Part shown: positions 24,875 through 34,142 of the stretch, one piece after another
How positions within the stretch are numbered: the first letter of the stretch is position 1
Layout: every line of letters starts with the position of its first letter
From: Candidatus Sulfopaludibacter sp. SbA3
GTDB taxonomy: Bacteria; Acidobacteriota; Vicinamibacteria; Vicinamibacterales; UBA2999
Reading direction: 5' to 3'
DNA length: 64,000 nucleotides
NCBI GenBank assembly: GCA_945903265.1
Contig: CAMDNQ010000009.1
Span: forward strand, 75,664 to 139,663
Made by a program: the position numbers and the translations under genes
The notes under the pieces: generated by a model
What the model saw: only the letters and a program-made list of their open reading frames with translations
Databases searched by the model: none
What the model was told of the DNA's origin: nothing

Positions 24875-25567
24875 TCAGCGCGCCGCCAGCGCGCGCTCGG
24901 CGGCGGCCCAGTCCGCCTCCGTATCGATCGAGAGCGACTCGGCAGGATCGATCAGCAGGGGCCGGCAATCCTCCCCGTAGATCGTACCGGACAGTCGAAC
25001 CGTGTCCGTGAGAAAGGCGTACACGGTGCCATCCCGCACGAATGCCGCCCGCGCGTCCTGCCGGCGCACCACGCGCGGGCCATCCGCGAGAAATGGCCGC
25101 AACCGCCCGTCCTCGATGCGCATCACGTAATCCGGCGAGAGGTGCGGCGGTAGCTCGACGACCGTGACCACCGAGTCGGCGCCTGAGCGGCGAAGCAGAT
25201 CGACGGCCGCACCGATATGCCGCGGCGTCCTCAGCGGTGACGTCGGCTGCAGGAGGACGACGATATCGGGCTGCCAGCCGGCGCGACCGAGCTCCTCCAA
25301 CGCATGTTCGACGACGGCAAGCATCGGAGTTTCATCCTGCGCAAGCGCAGCGGGCCGCAGGAACGGGACATCGAGGCCGAGAGTCCGGCCGCAGTCGGCG
25401 ATCTCGGCCGCGTCGGTCGACAGCACGACGCGGTCGAACACGCCAGACGCTGTAGCCGCGTCCGCGGTATATGCCAGCAGGGGCCGGCCGGCCAGTGGCC
25501 TGATGTTCTTGCCGGGGACGCCCTTGGAGCCTCCGCGCGCGGGGACGAGTCCGAGTACGGTCGCCAT
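24875..25567 (-). CDS. neuA: CMP-nonulosonate synthetase (acylneuraminate cytidylyltransferase, NeuA/LegF family)
   Basis: LGLVPARGGSKGVPGKNIRPLAGRPLLAYT, VLSTDAAEIA, LLQPTSPLR. Its ATG overlaps the upstream TGA by 1 nt (TGATG). Confidence 0.85.
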   Translation of the reverse strand: MATVLGLVPARGGSKGVPGKNIRPLAGRPLLAYTADAATASGVFDRVVLSTDAAEIADCGRTLGLDVPFLRPAALAQDETPMLAVVEHALEELGRAGWQPDIVVLLQPTSPLRTPRHIGAAVDLLRRSGADSVVTVVELPPHLSPDYVMRIEDGRLRPFLADGPRVVRRQDARAAFVRDGTVYAFLTDTVRLSGTIYGEDCRPLLIDPAESLSIDTEADWAAAERALAAR

Positions 25568-26499
25568 CAGGCGTCAGCCGCTCGTCCAGGCGTGTTCTGT
25601 ACCAGACGCACCTCGCGAAGGAGGTCGTGCACGCCAGCCGGATCCGGGAGCGAGGCCGACGGCTCGCCAGGCCGGCAGACGTACCCAATATGCAGGTGAT
25701 CCTGCGCGTAATCGGACCGCATCACCTCGAAGCCCGCACGTGCCAGCAGCGCCGTCATCGTCGACTCGGTCAGGTAGTAAGGATGATCGATCTTGATGGC
25801 GTCCTCGACCGACCAGCCGCGCAGGTACGCCGCGCGGAAATCCACGATGTCCACGAAGAGCACGCCGTGCGGGTTCAGCAGCGAGCGCAGGCGCCGGAGG
25901 GTCGCGCTGATATCCAGCAGGTGATCCACCGTCTGGCACAGCAGGACAACATCGAACCGCCGGTTTCCGAACTCGTGGTGTTCGACCATGCCGCTCAGCG
26001 TCTCGATACCCTGACGCCGGGCCTCCTCGACCTCGGGCGGGGCGGGATCGATAATCGTCGCCGCCAGCCTGAACTCGCGGGCTACGCGGGCCGCCACGAC
26101 GCCCGTCGAGCCTCCGACATCCAGCAGCGTCGCGTGTGCCGACGTGACGAATGGCCGGAGACACTCGAGCCGCTGCGCCGCATACTTCTCCTGCTCGGGC
26201 TGAATAGTCTTCGCGTCGATCAGCCGTCCGTGAAATGCGCTGACGAGCGGGCGGTATACCGATTCGTAGAAGCGGCCGTACGCCGCCGCCGTAAGGCGCG
26301 GATTCAGAAACACGAGGCCACAGGCGGCGCAGGCATGCGCCTCGGCGGCGAATCCATACCGATCGCGGTGCGAGATGACGACGAACTGGCTGCGGCCGCA
26401 GAGGTTGCATCTCTCCACGGACTCACAGGACTGCGCGGCATAGTCGAAGTTCACCGACGCAATGCGCGCTGCGCGTCCGGCGGATATCCCCTCCGTCAT
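25567..26499 (-). CDS. class I SAM-dependent methyltransferase with N-terminal Cys4 zinc-ribbon
   Basis: CNLCGRSQF...CAACGLVFLNPR, then LLDVGGSTGVVAARVA and FDVVLLCQTVDHL. Confidence 0.85.
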   Translation of the reverse strand: MTEGISAGRAARIASVNFDYAAQSCESVERCNLCGRSQFVVISHRDRYGFAAEAHACAACGLVFLNPRLTAAAYGRFYESVYRPLVSAFHGRLIDAKTIQPEQEKYAAQRLECLRPFVTSAHATLLDVGGSTGVVAARVAREFRLAATIIDPAPPEVEEARRQGIETLSGMVEHHEFGNRRFDVVLLCQTVDHLLDISATLRRLRSLLNPHGVLFVDIVDFRAAYLRGWSVEDAIKIDHPYYLTESTMTALLARAGFEVMRSDYAQDHLHIGYVCRPGEPSASLPDPAGVHDLLREVRLVQNTPGRAADA

Positions 26500-27654
26500 T
26501 CAGTACGTCAGGTGCTTGTCGATCGACAGCGCCGCTCCGGCCACGCAGTCCGCAATGCGCACCCCGGCGCGGCCGTCGCCATACAGCGAGTCGGACGCCG
26601 GCCTGCCCCGGCGCGCGTGCTCGCCTAACGCGGCCGCAATCTCCGCCCGATCGTGCCCGACGTCGATGACGTTGGCGCCGCGCTCGCGCCCGCGCTGGCG
26701 CGTGCCGATGTTGACGGCCGGAACCCCAAGGTAGGAGCACTCCCGGATGCCGACGCTCGAATTACCGACAATCGCCGTCGCGTTCACGAGCAGCCGCAGG
26801 AAGTCCTCTGGAGACATGCTGCGAAACCAGTGGAAGCCGTCAGCCCTCTCATGCTCCCGGAACACGCGAATGCCCTTCGATGTGTCGTCAGACCCTGCAT
26901 CGGGGTTCGGCCAGAACCAGAGCACCGGCAGGCCAGCGCCCTTGGCGGCATACAGCGTCTCCTCCACCTGCGCCCGCGCGCGTTCGTACTCGGTGGTGAC
27001 GGGATGCTGCATCACGACAAGGTATCCCCCCGACAGCTCCGCCCGTTGACCGACTCCGCCGTACCGCTCGAAAGGGTCGAAGTCCAGCTGGGGGTTGGCC
27101 GCGACTTCGGCGGCAATGTCGATCGACGGACAGCCGGTGACGATCACCGTGTCCTCGCGTTCGCCGAGCTTGATGACACGCTCGCGCGCCAGCTTCGTCG
27201 ACACGAGATGCAGATCGGACAGTTTCGTGACCGCGTGCCGCACCTTTTCGTCGATCGAACCCGTCACTTCCCCGCCCTGGACGTGGACGACGGGAATGTT
27301 CATATAGGCGGCGGCGACGGCGGTCGCCAGCGTCTCGTAACGGTCGGCGACGGTCACGACCGCGTCGGGCGCGAGATTGTCGAAGGCAGTGGCGAGCTCC
27401 GACACGCCGATACCGGTTGATTTCGCCGACGTGACGAGGTTCTCACCCTCGAGAAGGAGGTAGACCCGCTGGGAGATCGTGAACCCGTCGCGGGTGATGG
27501 TCTGCACGGCGCTGCCGTAGCGGTCCAGGAGCGCCGACGCCGCCACGACGACCTGGAGCTCGAGGTCAGGGTGATCCGCGATGGCGCGCAGGGCGGACCG
27601 GATGCGTGAATAGCTTGGCCGCGCCGTCACGACCACGCAGACTTTTCGCGTCAT
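26500..27654 (-). CDS. neuC: UDP-N-acetylglucosamine 2-epimerase, hydrolysing type (NeuC/LegG family)
   Basis: VCVVVTARPSYSRIRSAL, DRYETLATAVAAAYMNIPVVHVQGGEVTGSIDEKVRHAVTKLSDLH, GNSSVGIRECSYLGVPAVNIGTRQ. Confidence 0.9.
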   Translation of the reverse strand: MTRKVCVVVTARPSYSRIRSALRAIADHPDLELQVVVAASALLDRYGSAVQTITRDGFTISQRVYLLLEGENLVTSAKSTGIGVSELATAFDNLAPDAVVTVADRYETLATAVAAAYMNIPVVHVQGGEVTGSIDEKVRHAVTKLSDLHLVSTKLARERVIKLGEREDTVIVTGCPSIDIAAEVAANPQLDFDPFERYGGVGQRAELSGGYLVVMQHPVTTEYERARAQVEETLYAAKGAGLPVLWFWPNPDAGSDDTSKGIRVFREHERADGFHWFRSMSPEDFLRLLVNATAIVGNSSVGIRECSYLGVPAVNIGTRQRGRERGANVIDVGHDRAEIAAALGEHARRGRPASDSLYGDGRAGVRIADCVAGAALSIDKHLTY

Positions 27655-28718
27655 GACGCCGACAGTCCTTCAACGTCTTCGACCGCGAGGACCTCGTCTG
27701 CCTCAACGGATCGGCGCAGCCGCTTGCCGATGACCGCGTCGAGACGCTCTGGAGCGATCCCCGTGCCTGGCTTCTTGATCGCGAGATGTTCGCGCGTCAG
27801 TACAGTGCCCGCCGGAAGCGTGTGGCGCGCCACCAGGCTTCGCGTGAACAGCCGCCGCAGCTGCGCGGTGTCCTTCGCGGCGATGTCTTTGTCGACGGGA
27901 TTCGCCCGCATCGCTTCGATGAACCTGATGCCATCCACGAGCTGTCGCAGCTCGCCCGTCGTCACCGATGCGACGACGTCCGGTCCGAACATGTCACGAG
28001 ACAGCGTCACGTGGACTTCCAGCATGTCTACGCCAACGGCAGCCGCCGCGAGCCCCGCATAGATCGTCGCGGAGTGATCCGACAGGCCCACCCAGCATCC
28101 GTACCGCTGACGAAAGACCGGAATCAGATTCAGGCCGATGCGCTCCGGCGGACACGGGTACGCGGTGGTGCATTGAAACACGCCCACCGGCGCGCCGTGG
28201 GAGCGGACGAACGCCACGGCATCGTCAATCTCCGCCAGCGGGCTCATTCCTGTCGAGAGCAGCACGGGGGCGCCGGTCCGCGCGACCCGCTCCAGCAGAT
28301 GCCGGTTCGACGTTTCGCCCGACGGCATCTTCCACAGCGCCTGGCCGACCCGCTCGAGCATGTCGACGGCCTCGAGGGAGAACGGCGACGACATGAAGAT
28401 GACGCTGCGGTCGCGACAGTGGTCGGCGAGGCCCCGCCACTGGTCCTCGGTGAATGCTGTGCGCTCCCAATATTCATAACGCGATGCGTCCTGCCGGCTG
28501 AACGCGACGCGAAACGGCTCCGCGGGGGTGCTCTCCGCGGCCGCAATGTGCGTCTGAAACTTCACGGCGTCGGCTCCGGCGTCCGCAATGGCATCCACGA
28601 AGGCATGCGCCACGCCGAGGCTGCCGTCATGGGTCAATCCCACTTCGCCGACGATCAGGCACCGCCCGTGACCCAGTCCGGTCAGGGCGGGATGATTCGA
28701 ACGTTGCGAATCGCTCAT
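27651..28718 (-). CDS. neuB: nonulosonic acid synthase (NeuB/LegI family) with SAF domain
   Basis: CLIVGEVGLTHDGSL, AVKFQTH, FQCTTAYPCPPE, VGLSDHS, EVHVTL, C-terminal SAF-like region LPAGTVLTREHLAIKKPGTG. Confidence 0.9.
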   Translation of the reverse strand: MSDSQRSNHPALTGLGHGRCLIVGEVGLTHDGSLGVAHAFVDAIADAGADAVKFQTHIAAAESTPAEPFRVAFSRQDASRYEYWERTAFTEDQWRGLADHCRDRSVIFMSSPFSLEAVDMLERVGQALWKMPSGETSNRHLLERVARTGAPVLLSTGMSPLAEIDDAVAFVRSHGAPVGVFQCTTAYPCPPERIGLNLIPVFRQRYGCWVGLSDHSATIYAGLAAAAVGVDMLEVHVTLSRDMFGPDVVASVTTGELRQLVDGIRFIEAMRANPVDKDIAAKDTAQLRRLFTRSLVARHTLPAGTVLTREHLAIKKPGTGIAPERLDAVIGKRLRRSVEADEVLAVEDVEGLSAS

Positions 28719-30256
28719 CGGGGTTTCTCTCCCTGCGCTCCCGGGGACGCCGTCAGCGCGGCCTGCCGCGCCGGATCCAGTTCACGCGGCGATCGGACGA
28801 GGCGGTCGCCGATCAGCCAGGACGCACCGCGCACCACTCCGCCCAGCACGGCGCGCATCCAGGCCGGCGAGCTCACGCGGCCGGGAGCCGCCGTGGCTGA
28901 CCCGAGCGCCTCCACCGCCTGGACAAACACAGGGGTCGCAGGACTCGCGAGGCCATGCGGCCTGATAAAGGCTGCCAGGAACTCGCGATGAGGATGCTCC
29001 AGGGATGCGGGTCGCCGGAGCGCCGTTCCCAGCTGCGCGACGTGTTCGTCCATCGACCGCGCAATGCGCAGCATCCCCCCACCGACCTCGACCAGATACC
29101 GGAAATGCGCCGTGCCCATCTGGTTGTCGTGAAATCGTGGCACCAGGAGTGTGAGCACTTCGCGCCCCGCGATCGCGCCTTCGATGAAGGCGCTCGTATT
29201 CAAGCCGACGACCGCGGCGCTGTGAAACAGCGAATCGAAGTAGTCGGCGCGCGACCGCTCGTCGATCGGGTTGCCGCCCCAGACCGCGATCGGGCCGTAC
29301 GGAGTGAGATCGACGCCTTTCCAGACCCCTGCGGTCGACGGATAGGGCCGGATCAAGACGGACGCGCCCGCGACCGACGCGTCTGCGCTGCGCCGCAGAG
29401 CCTCGAGCCATTCGATCACGAAGTCGACCTCCGGCGGACTGCCCTGAATCACCCCGGTGCAGACGTACAGAATGATGGGCCGATCGGCCGGCAGCTTGAG
29501 GTGCGCGCAGAATTCATCCCGGCTGCGAGAAGGTTGCCTCGTAAACCAGTGGTCGAAGCACTGGGCGCCGGTGACGACGACCCGCTCCGCCGGCACGCGG
29601 TGCACCCGCACCGCTTCGTCGCGCTGGGTCTCGTTCCAGACGAGCACGCGGTCCGGATAATCTCGAAGCAGTGCCTTGCTCGTCAGGTGGTCCCAGCTCC
29701 AGACAGGGAGGCCGCACGGGATGCGAAGACGGCGCGCGGCCCTGACGTAGTCAATCTGCTGCGATCCCAGATCCACAAGGGGGGTCACGAGCAGCACGTC
29801 GGGCGCCTCGCGCGCCAGGTAGCTGATGACGGACTCCGACGGCGGGACCGCGGCATCAAGGGCATGCAGCAGACGGCCGTAGAAACGGCGCCAGCGAGGT
29901 CCCCCGACCATCGGAGGATTCGCGCCAGCGGCCAGCAGCCGTGGGGTCCGGTTCCGGGCACGGACCCGACGCAGCGGGGCGTCATCGTAGAACGGGTCGA
30001 GATAGCGCAGATAGTCGATCGCCAGCCGGATCCGCGGCGCGATGCTGCTCCACGTATCCGGACGTGACGAGGGGATGGTCCCCACCGTGACGCCGGGAGA
30101 TTCGTCCGCGAGGGCGCGCACCGCTCCCTCGCCGCCCAGCTTGTCTTCCACTTCGACCGCAAGATGCACGCGGTGCCCGTGCCCGGCCAGCATCCGGATC
30201 GCCGCATCGTAGTTGCGGAAATACGTCCAGTGCCGCGCGATGAACAGGATCTTCAC
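28715..30256 (-). CDS. HP-family protein (copy 1): GT-B-like putative cytidine-nucleotide-dependent transferase; RPYP variant
   Basis: MKILFIARHWTYFRNYDAAIRMLAGHGHRVHL, DYLRYLDPFY, LLVTPLVDLGSQQIDYVRAA, VWSWDHLTSKALL, VTGAQCFDHWF, VLIRPYPSTAGVW (Tyr where all other copies have His), YFDSLFHSAAVVGLNTSAFIEGAIAGREV, GTAHFRYL. Confidence 0.8.
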   Translation of the reverse strand: MKILFIARHWTYFRNYDAAIRMLAGHGHRVHLAVEVEDKLGGEGAVRALADESPGVTVGTIPSSRPDTWSSIAPRIRLAIDYLRYLDPFYDDAPLRRVRARNRTPRLLAAGANPPMVGGPRWRRFYGRLLHALDAAVPPSESVISYLAREAPDVLLVTPLVDLGSQQIDYVRAARRLRIPCGLPVWSWDHLTSKALLRDYPDRVLVWNETQRDEAVRVHRVPAERVVVTGAQCFDHWFTRQPSRSRDEFCAHLKLPADRPIILYVCTGVIQGSPPEVDFVIEWLEALRRSADASVAGASVLIRPYPSTAGVWKGVDLTPYGPIAVWGGNPIDERSRADYFDSLFHSAAVVGLNTSAFIEGAIAGREVLTLLVPRFHDNQMGTAHFRYLVEVGGGMLRIARSMDEHVAQLGTALRRPASLEHPHREFLAAFIRPHGLASPATPVFVQAVEALGSATAAPGRVSSPAWMRAVLGGVVRGASWLIGDRLVRSPRELDPARQAALTASPGAQGEKPR

Positions 30257-31479
30257 AGCGCGTTCGTCCGGGCGCGCATCAGCAGATTTCCGGCGCCGGC
30301 GGGGTCGAGTCCGCGCAGATCGGTCACCGCGAAGCGTCCTGCGTCAAGCTTGTGATACGCGCGCATCCCGACGGCGACGTGCGCGTGAAGCCACTCGGGA
30401 TTGACGAACATCGCCGACGTATCCACGCCGAAACGGGGCAACAGCCACGCGATGCTGCCGCACGTGCCGACGAACCCCCGCGCGCCGGCGGCAATCTGCG
30501 TCTGCACTCCAAGATTGGTCTGGGGCGTCATCCAGTCCCGCGCGCTGATGACGTCCGCGCCGCCGAACGTGTAGTCGCCATGATCGTCGTGCAGCAGCAG
30601 CCCCGTGTCGAGCAGCACGACGGGCATCTGCTCGGCGAGCGCCGCCACGATGCCTCGCAGCATCGCGCGGACGGGCGGGGTGTCGGGCATGGACCGGGCT
30701 CCGTAGAACTTCACGGCAATGTAGTCGCGCGGCAGCAGTGACGGATCGATGATCGTGGGCGGCGTCTGCCGCGTGAAGCGCGTGTGCAGATCGACGAACC
30801 CCATGGCCCGATGCCCGGACCAGTAGAGCGAAAACAGCCGGTACATCAGGCCGGGGTGAATGACATCGAAATCGCGGGTCCCAATCTTCCGCGCAACCGC
30901 CTCGAGCACGTCCTGGTCGAATGGTGACGGCTCGTAGTGCTTGACGAGGCCGCGCTCGGCAATCCGCTTCGCCGCGTCCGTAGGATCGAAGTGGTCCCAG
31001 ATTTCCACGTAGCGGGACGCCACACCCTGATACCAGGACCCGACACCGCCGCGCGACACCGCGACCAGACGGTCTTCAGGCAGGCGGAACGCCACCTTGA
31101 GCCACTGGAGGAACGGTACCCAGTACAGCGCCTCGAACCCGACTTCCGAGAGCCACGGTCCGACGACGAGCAGCCGCTCGCGCCGCACGATGGTCTCGAT
31201 CTCACTTTCGATCTCCCACTCGGTGCGATGAAATTCCCAGTGCTCGCGGATCTGGGCGCTGCGGCGGTGCGCGGACCGGACCGGACGGCGTAGCCGCCGA
31301 TACACGTCCTTCACCGCGTTGAAGACCACGTCCCGGCTGCGGCCGGCGGCGCGCCGCACCGCGATCCGTCCATCATTCGCGCCTTCTCCGGCGACCTTCG
31401 TCGTCCACCGGGCGCGCCTCCACACGCGTCGCAGTTCCTTGCGAAGACGATTGTCCGCCGCAGACGTCCAGTTCGTCAT
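30253..31479 (-). CDS. uncharacterised LYW-domain protein (stand-alone copy 2) with basic N-terminal extension
   Basis: ATG 31479 in an ATGA overlap with the upstream stop. LLVVGPWLSEVGFEALYWVPFLQW, AVSRGGVGSWY, VIHPGLMY, PRDYIAVKFY, RGFVGTCGSIAWLLPRFGV. Confidence 0.75.
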   Translation of the reverse strand: MTNWTSAADNRLRKELRRVWRRARWTTKVAGEGANDGRIAVRRAAGRSRDVVFNAVKDVYRRLRRPVRSAHRRSAQIREHWEFHRTEWEIESEIETIVRRERLLVVGPWLSEVGFEALYWVPFLQWLKVAFRLPEDRLVAVSRGGVGSWYQGVASRYVEIWDHFDPTDAAKRIAERGLVKHYEPSPFDQDVLEAVARKIGTRDFDVIHPGLMYRLFSLYWSGHRAMGFVDLHTRFTRQTPPTIIDPSLLPRDYIAVKFYGARSMPDTPPVRAMLRGIVAALAEQMPVVLLDTGLLLHDDHGDYTFGGADVISARDWMTPQTNLGVQTQIAAGARGFVGTCGSIAWLLPRFGVDTSAMFVNPEWLHAHVAVGMRAYHKLDAGRFAVTDLRGLDPAGAGNLLMRARTNAL

Positions 31480-34136
31480 CGCCGCAGTGACTCGATGAGC
31501 GCTCCGGCGCCGCCGAAGCCGACCTTCACCACCTTCACGGCTCGGGTCTCGAGCTCCACGAACGCACCGCACCGCAGTCCGGAAAACACGCGCTTGGCGA
31601 CCTCCAGGTGGTCGAAGCGGAAGGTCGTCGGCCGCGAATAGAACGAGAGCGTGTCGACGCCGAGCAGCGGCGCCAGGTAACAGAAGCCGCCGTAGGTCCC
31701 GACAAACGCCTCGGCGCCCCGGATCACCTGCGTCTGGATTGCGAGATTGTTCTCAGGCCTCATGAGGTGATCGATCCGGTGGATACGCCCCTTGAGTTCA
31801 GGCGGAAAGTCATGGTGATCGTCGTACCGATCCGCCGTATTCAAGAGGACGACGTCGGTGTGCTGCGCCAGGTCGGCCAGAAACGACGCCACGAACGCGT
31901 GGTTCTCGGCGGTGCCCGGCAGGGCGCTGTTGGCGTAAAACTTCGCCACGACGTAACGCTCCGGAAGCTGATCGCGCAGCGCGAACGGGGGCGTTGGCGG
32001 CAGCACTGAGAACTGCGTGAACATTTCGATCAGCGTCACCGGAGCGCGCTGAAACCAGAAGTGTTCGAACAGCCGGTACATCACCGACGGATGCAGGAGC
32101 TCCACATCGCTGAGACCGCGAGCTCTCTTTACGCGATCGATGATTTCGCGGTCGAATTCAGTCACCTCCAGGTGCTTCATCCGGCCATCCTGCGCCGCGA
32201 CGCGGGCTTCATTGCGCTGCCGGAATTCGTCCGGCGTGTAGTGCGTGAGCAGCTCCTCGTAGTTGGACGTCAGATGCGAGTACCAGGGAGCGGCCCCGCC
32301 CCGTGAAACGACGATCAGCTTTGCGGGATCGAGATTGGCGTACGCCTTCGCCCATGCGACAAACGGAATCCAGTACAGCAGCTCGAACCCCGTCTCGGAC
32401 AGCCAGGGCCCTACGAGAATCGGCTTCCGGCTGCGGCCGAGCAGCGTGACGAGCTCGCGCGCCTCCTCGGCCTCGACGCCGCCCCATTTCCACGACCGCT
32501 TCGCCGGATCGCGATACCGCCCTGGCTTCGGCGTCAGCGCAGACGGCGGCAGGACGCCAGGAAGCTCCGACTTCGCAGTGGGCGCCAGCCGGAGCACGAA
32601 CCGGCGTATTTCCCTGACGCCGTTCCGTTTCACCTTCTTGAGATTCTTCCGGAGCCGGTTCCGCACGCGTTTCGACTGCAGCCGCAGGCGGGCGCGGCCA
32701 ATGACGAGCGCCGTCATGGCGTGCAGCGGCAGCCGGAGGAGGGCGTCTGCAACGCCGGCCCGGTCGGGCGCCGGCGCCGGCACGGCGAGCGACTGCTCGA
32801 TCGCGGCAACGAATCGCGGGGTGGCCTGTTCGCCGGCGCCGAAAGGACGCACGAACATTCCGGCGAAGGCGCGCGAGCGGGGATCGTCCACGCCTTCGGG
32901 CAAGAGCGTGTCGCCAAGCTGCCGTACGTGCTCGTCGAACGACCGCGCTCCATGCAGCAGTCCCGCCAGGACGTACTGGAAGTGGATGGTCCCTTCCTGG
33001 TTCGTGAGCGAAATCTCGGGGAGCATGATGGTGTGGACGGGGCGCCCGACCACGGCGGCTTCGATGAACGCGCTCGTGTTCAGCCCGACGACCGCCGCGC
33101 TGTAGTACATCGAGTCGAAGTAATCGTGCTTCGATTGCTCATCGACCGGGTGATCGCCGAAAAACGCGACCTGAGAGAATTCCGACAGATCGACGGATTC
33201 CCATTCCTTCAAACGCGTCGGATGCGGCCTGATGAGAAGACCGATATCCCTGAGCCGGGGGTCGGGGCTGGACCGCACCGCGCGAACCCAGTCCACGACA
33301 AACGGCGGCTCGTCCACGGTGTTCCTGAACAGCGTGGAACAGACATAGAGAATGAACGGCTTGTCGGCCCGAAGCCCCACGTGTTCGCAGAATGCCTGCC
33401 GCGAGCGCACCGGGGTCCGGCCCCACCACTGGTCATAGCACTGCGCGCCCGTGACGGCCACTCGAGGCGCCGGCACGCCGTGCATATCGACGGCTTCTGT
33501 GCGCTGTTCCTCGTTCCAGACGATGACAGTGTCGGGAATGACCCGCAGCAGGGCCTTGGTGGAGAGGTGATCCCAGCTGCACACCGGCAGCACCGTCCGG
33601 GTGCCCAGCGCCTTGGCGGACCGCAGATAGTCGATCTGCGGCGAGCCCAGGTCGACGAGCGGCGTCACGAGCACCATGTCAGGCCGTTGCGCCGCGATGA
33701 ATGCGTCCACCGACGCGGAGCGCGGCAGCGCGCGCTCGAAGGCACGCAGGACCCGCGCCACCAGTCCGCGCCCGAATGGTGTGCGAAGCCCCGGCATCTC
33801 CAGCAGCCTCACCACGACGGCAGGCGTCCGCTGGGCCGCCCGCGCCCGCAGCTGAATGGTGTGCTCGTAGCGCGGCTCGAGGTAGCGCAGGTAGTCGAGA
33901 CTCAGTCGGAGGCGGCGCCCGAGGTCGAACCACGGACCGGCGACGGCTGGTGCCTCGCCCATCGACAGGTGCTGCGGATGCCGCGCGACCATCCGCTCGG
34001 CCATCTGCTGCCCGCCGAGCGACTCGGGGACGCTGGCCACCATGTGCACGTGGTGGCCACGCTCCGCGAGCGCTTCAATGGCGGATTCGAAATTCCGCAG
34101 GTACGACCAGTGACGCGCGAAAAACAGCAGTTTCAT
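31476..34136 (-). CDS. HP-family domain (copy 2) fused to a C-terminal LYW domain (copy 3)
   Basis: 886 aa. N-terminal MKLLFFARHWSYLRNFESAIEALAERGHHVHM, VCSWDHLSTKALL, LLIRPHPTRLKEW, VVGLNTSAFIEAAVVGRPV. A basic linker (RLRLQSKRVRNRLRKNLKKVKRNGVREIRR) follows. Then ILVGPWLSETGFELLYWIPFVAW, LLHPSVMY, EAFVGTYGGFCYLAPLLGV (LYW domain roughly 31476..32480). Confidence 0.82.
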   Translation of the reverse strand: MKLLFFARHWSYLRNFESAIEALAERGHHVHMVASVPESLGGQQMAERMVARHPQHLSMGEAPAVAGPWFDLGRRLRLSLDYLRYLEPRYEHTIQLRARAAQRTPAVVVRLLEMPGLRTPFGRGLVARVLRAFERALPRSASVDAFIAAQRPDMVLVTPLVDLGSPQIDYLRSAKALGTRTVLPVCSWDHLSTKALLRVIPDTVIVWNEEQRTEAVDMHGVPAPRVAVTGAQCYDQWWGRTPVRSRQAFCEHVGLRADKPFILYVCSTLFRNTVDEPPFVVDWVRAVRSSPDPRLRDIGLLIRPHPTRLKEWESVDLSEFSQVAFFGDHPVDEQSKHDYFDSMYYSAAVVGLNTSAFIEAAVVGRPVHTIMLPEISLTNQEGTIHFQYVLAGLLHGARSFDEHVRQLGDTLLPEGVDDPRSRAFAGMFVRPFGAGEQATPRFVAAIEQSLAVPAPAPDRAGVADALLRLPLHAMTALVIGRARLRLQSKRVRNRLRKNLKKVKRNGVREIRRFVLRLAPTAKSELPGVLPPSALTPKPGRYRDPAKRSWKWGGVEAEEARELVTLLGRSRKPILVGPWLSETGFELLYWIPFVAWAKAYANLDPAKLIVVSRGGAAPWYSHLTSNYEELLTHYTPDEFRQRNEARVAAQDGRMKHLEVTEFDREIIDRVKRARGLSDVELLHPSVMYRLFEHFWFQRAPVTLIEMFTQFSVLPPTPPFALRDQLPERYVVAKFYANSALPGTAENHAFVASFLADLAQHTDVVLLNTADRYDDHHDFPPELKGRIHRIDHLMRPENNLAIQTQVIRGAEAFVGTYGGFCYLAPLLGVDTLSFYSRPTTFRFDHLEVAKRVFSGLRCGAFVELETRAVKVVKVGFGGAGALIESLRR

Positions 34137-34142
34137 TACGGT

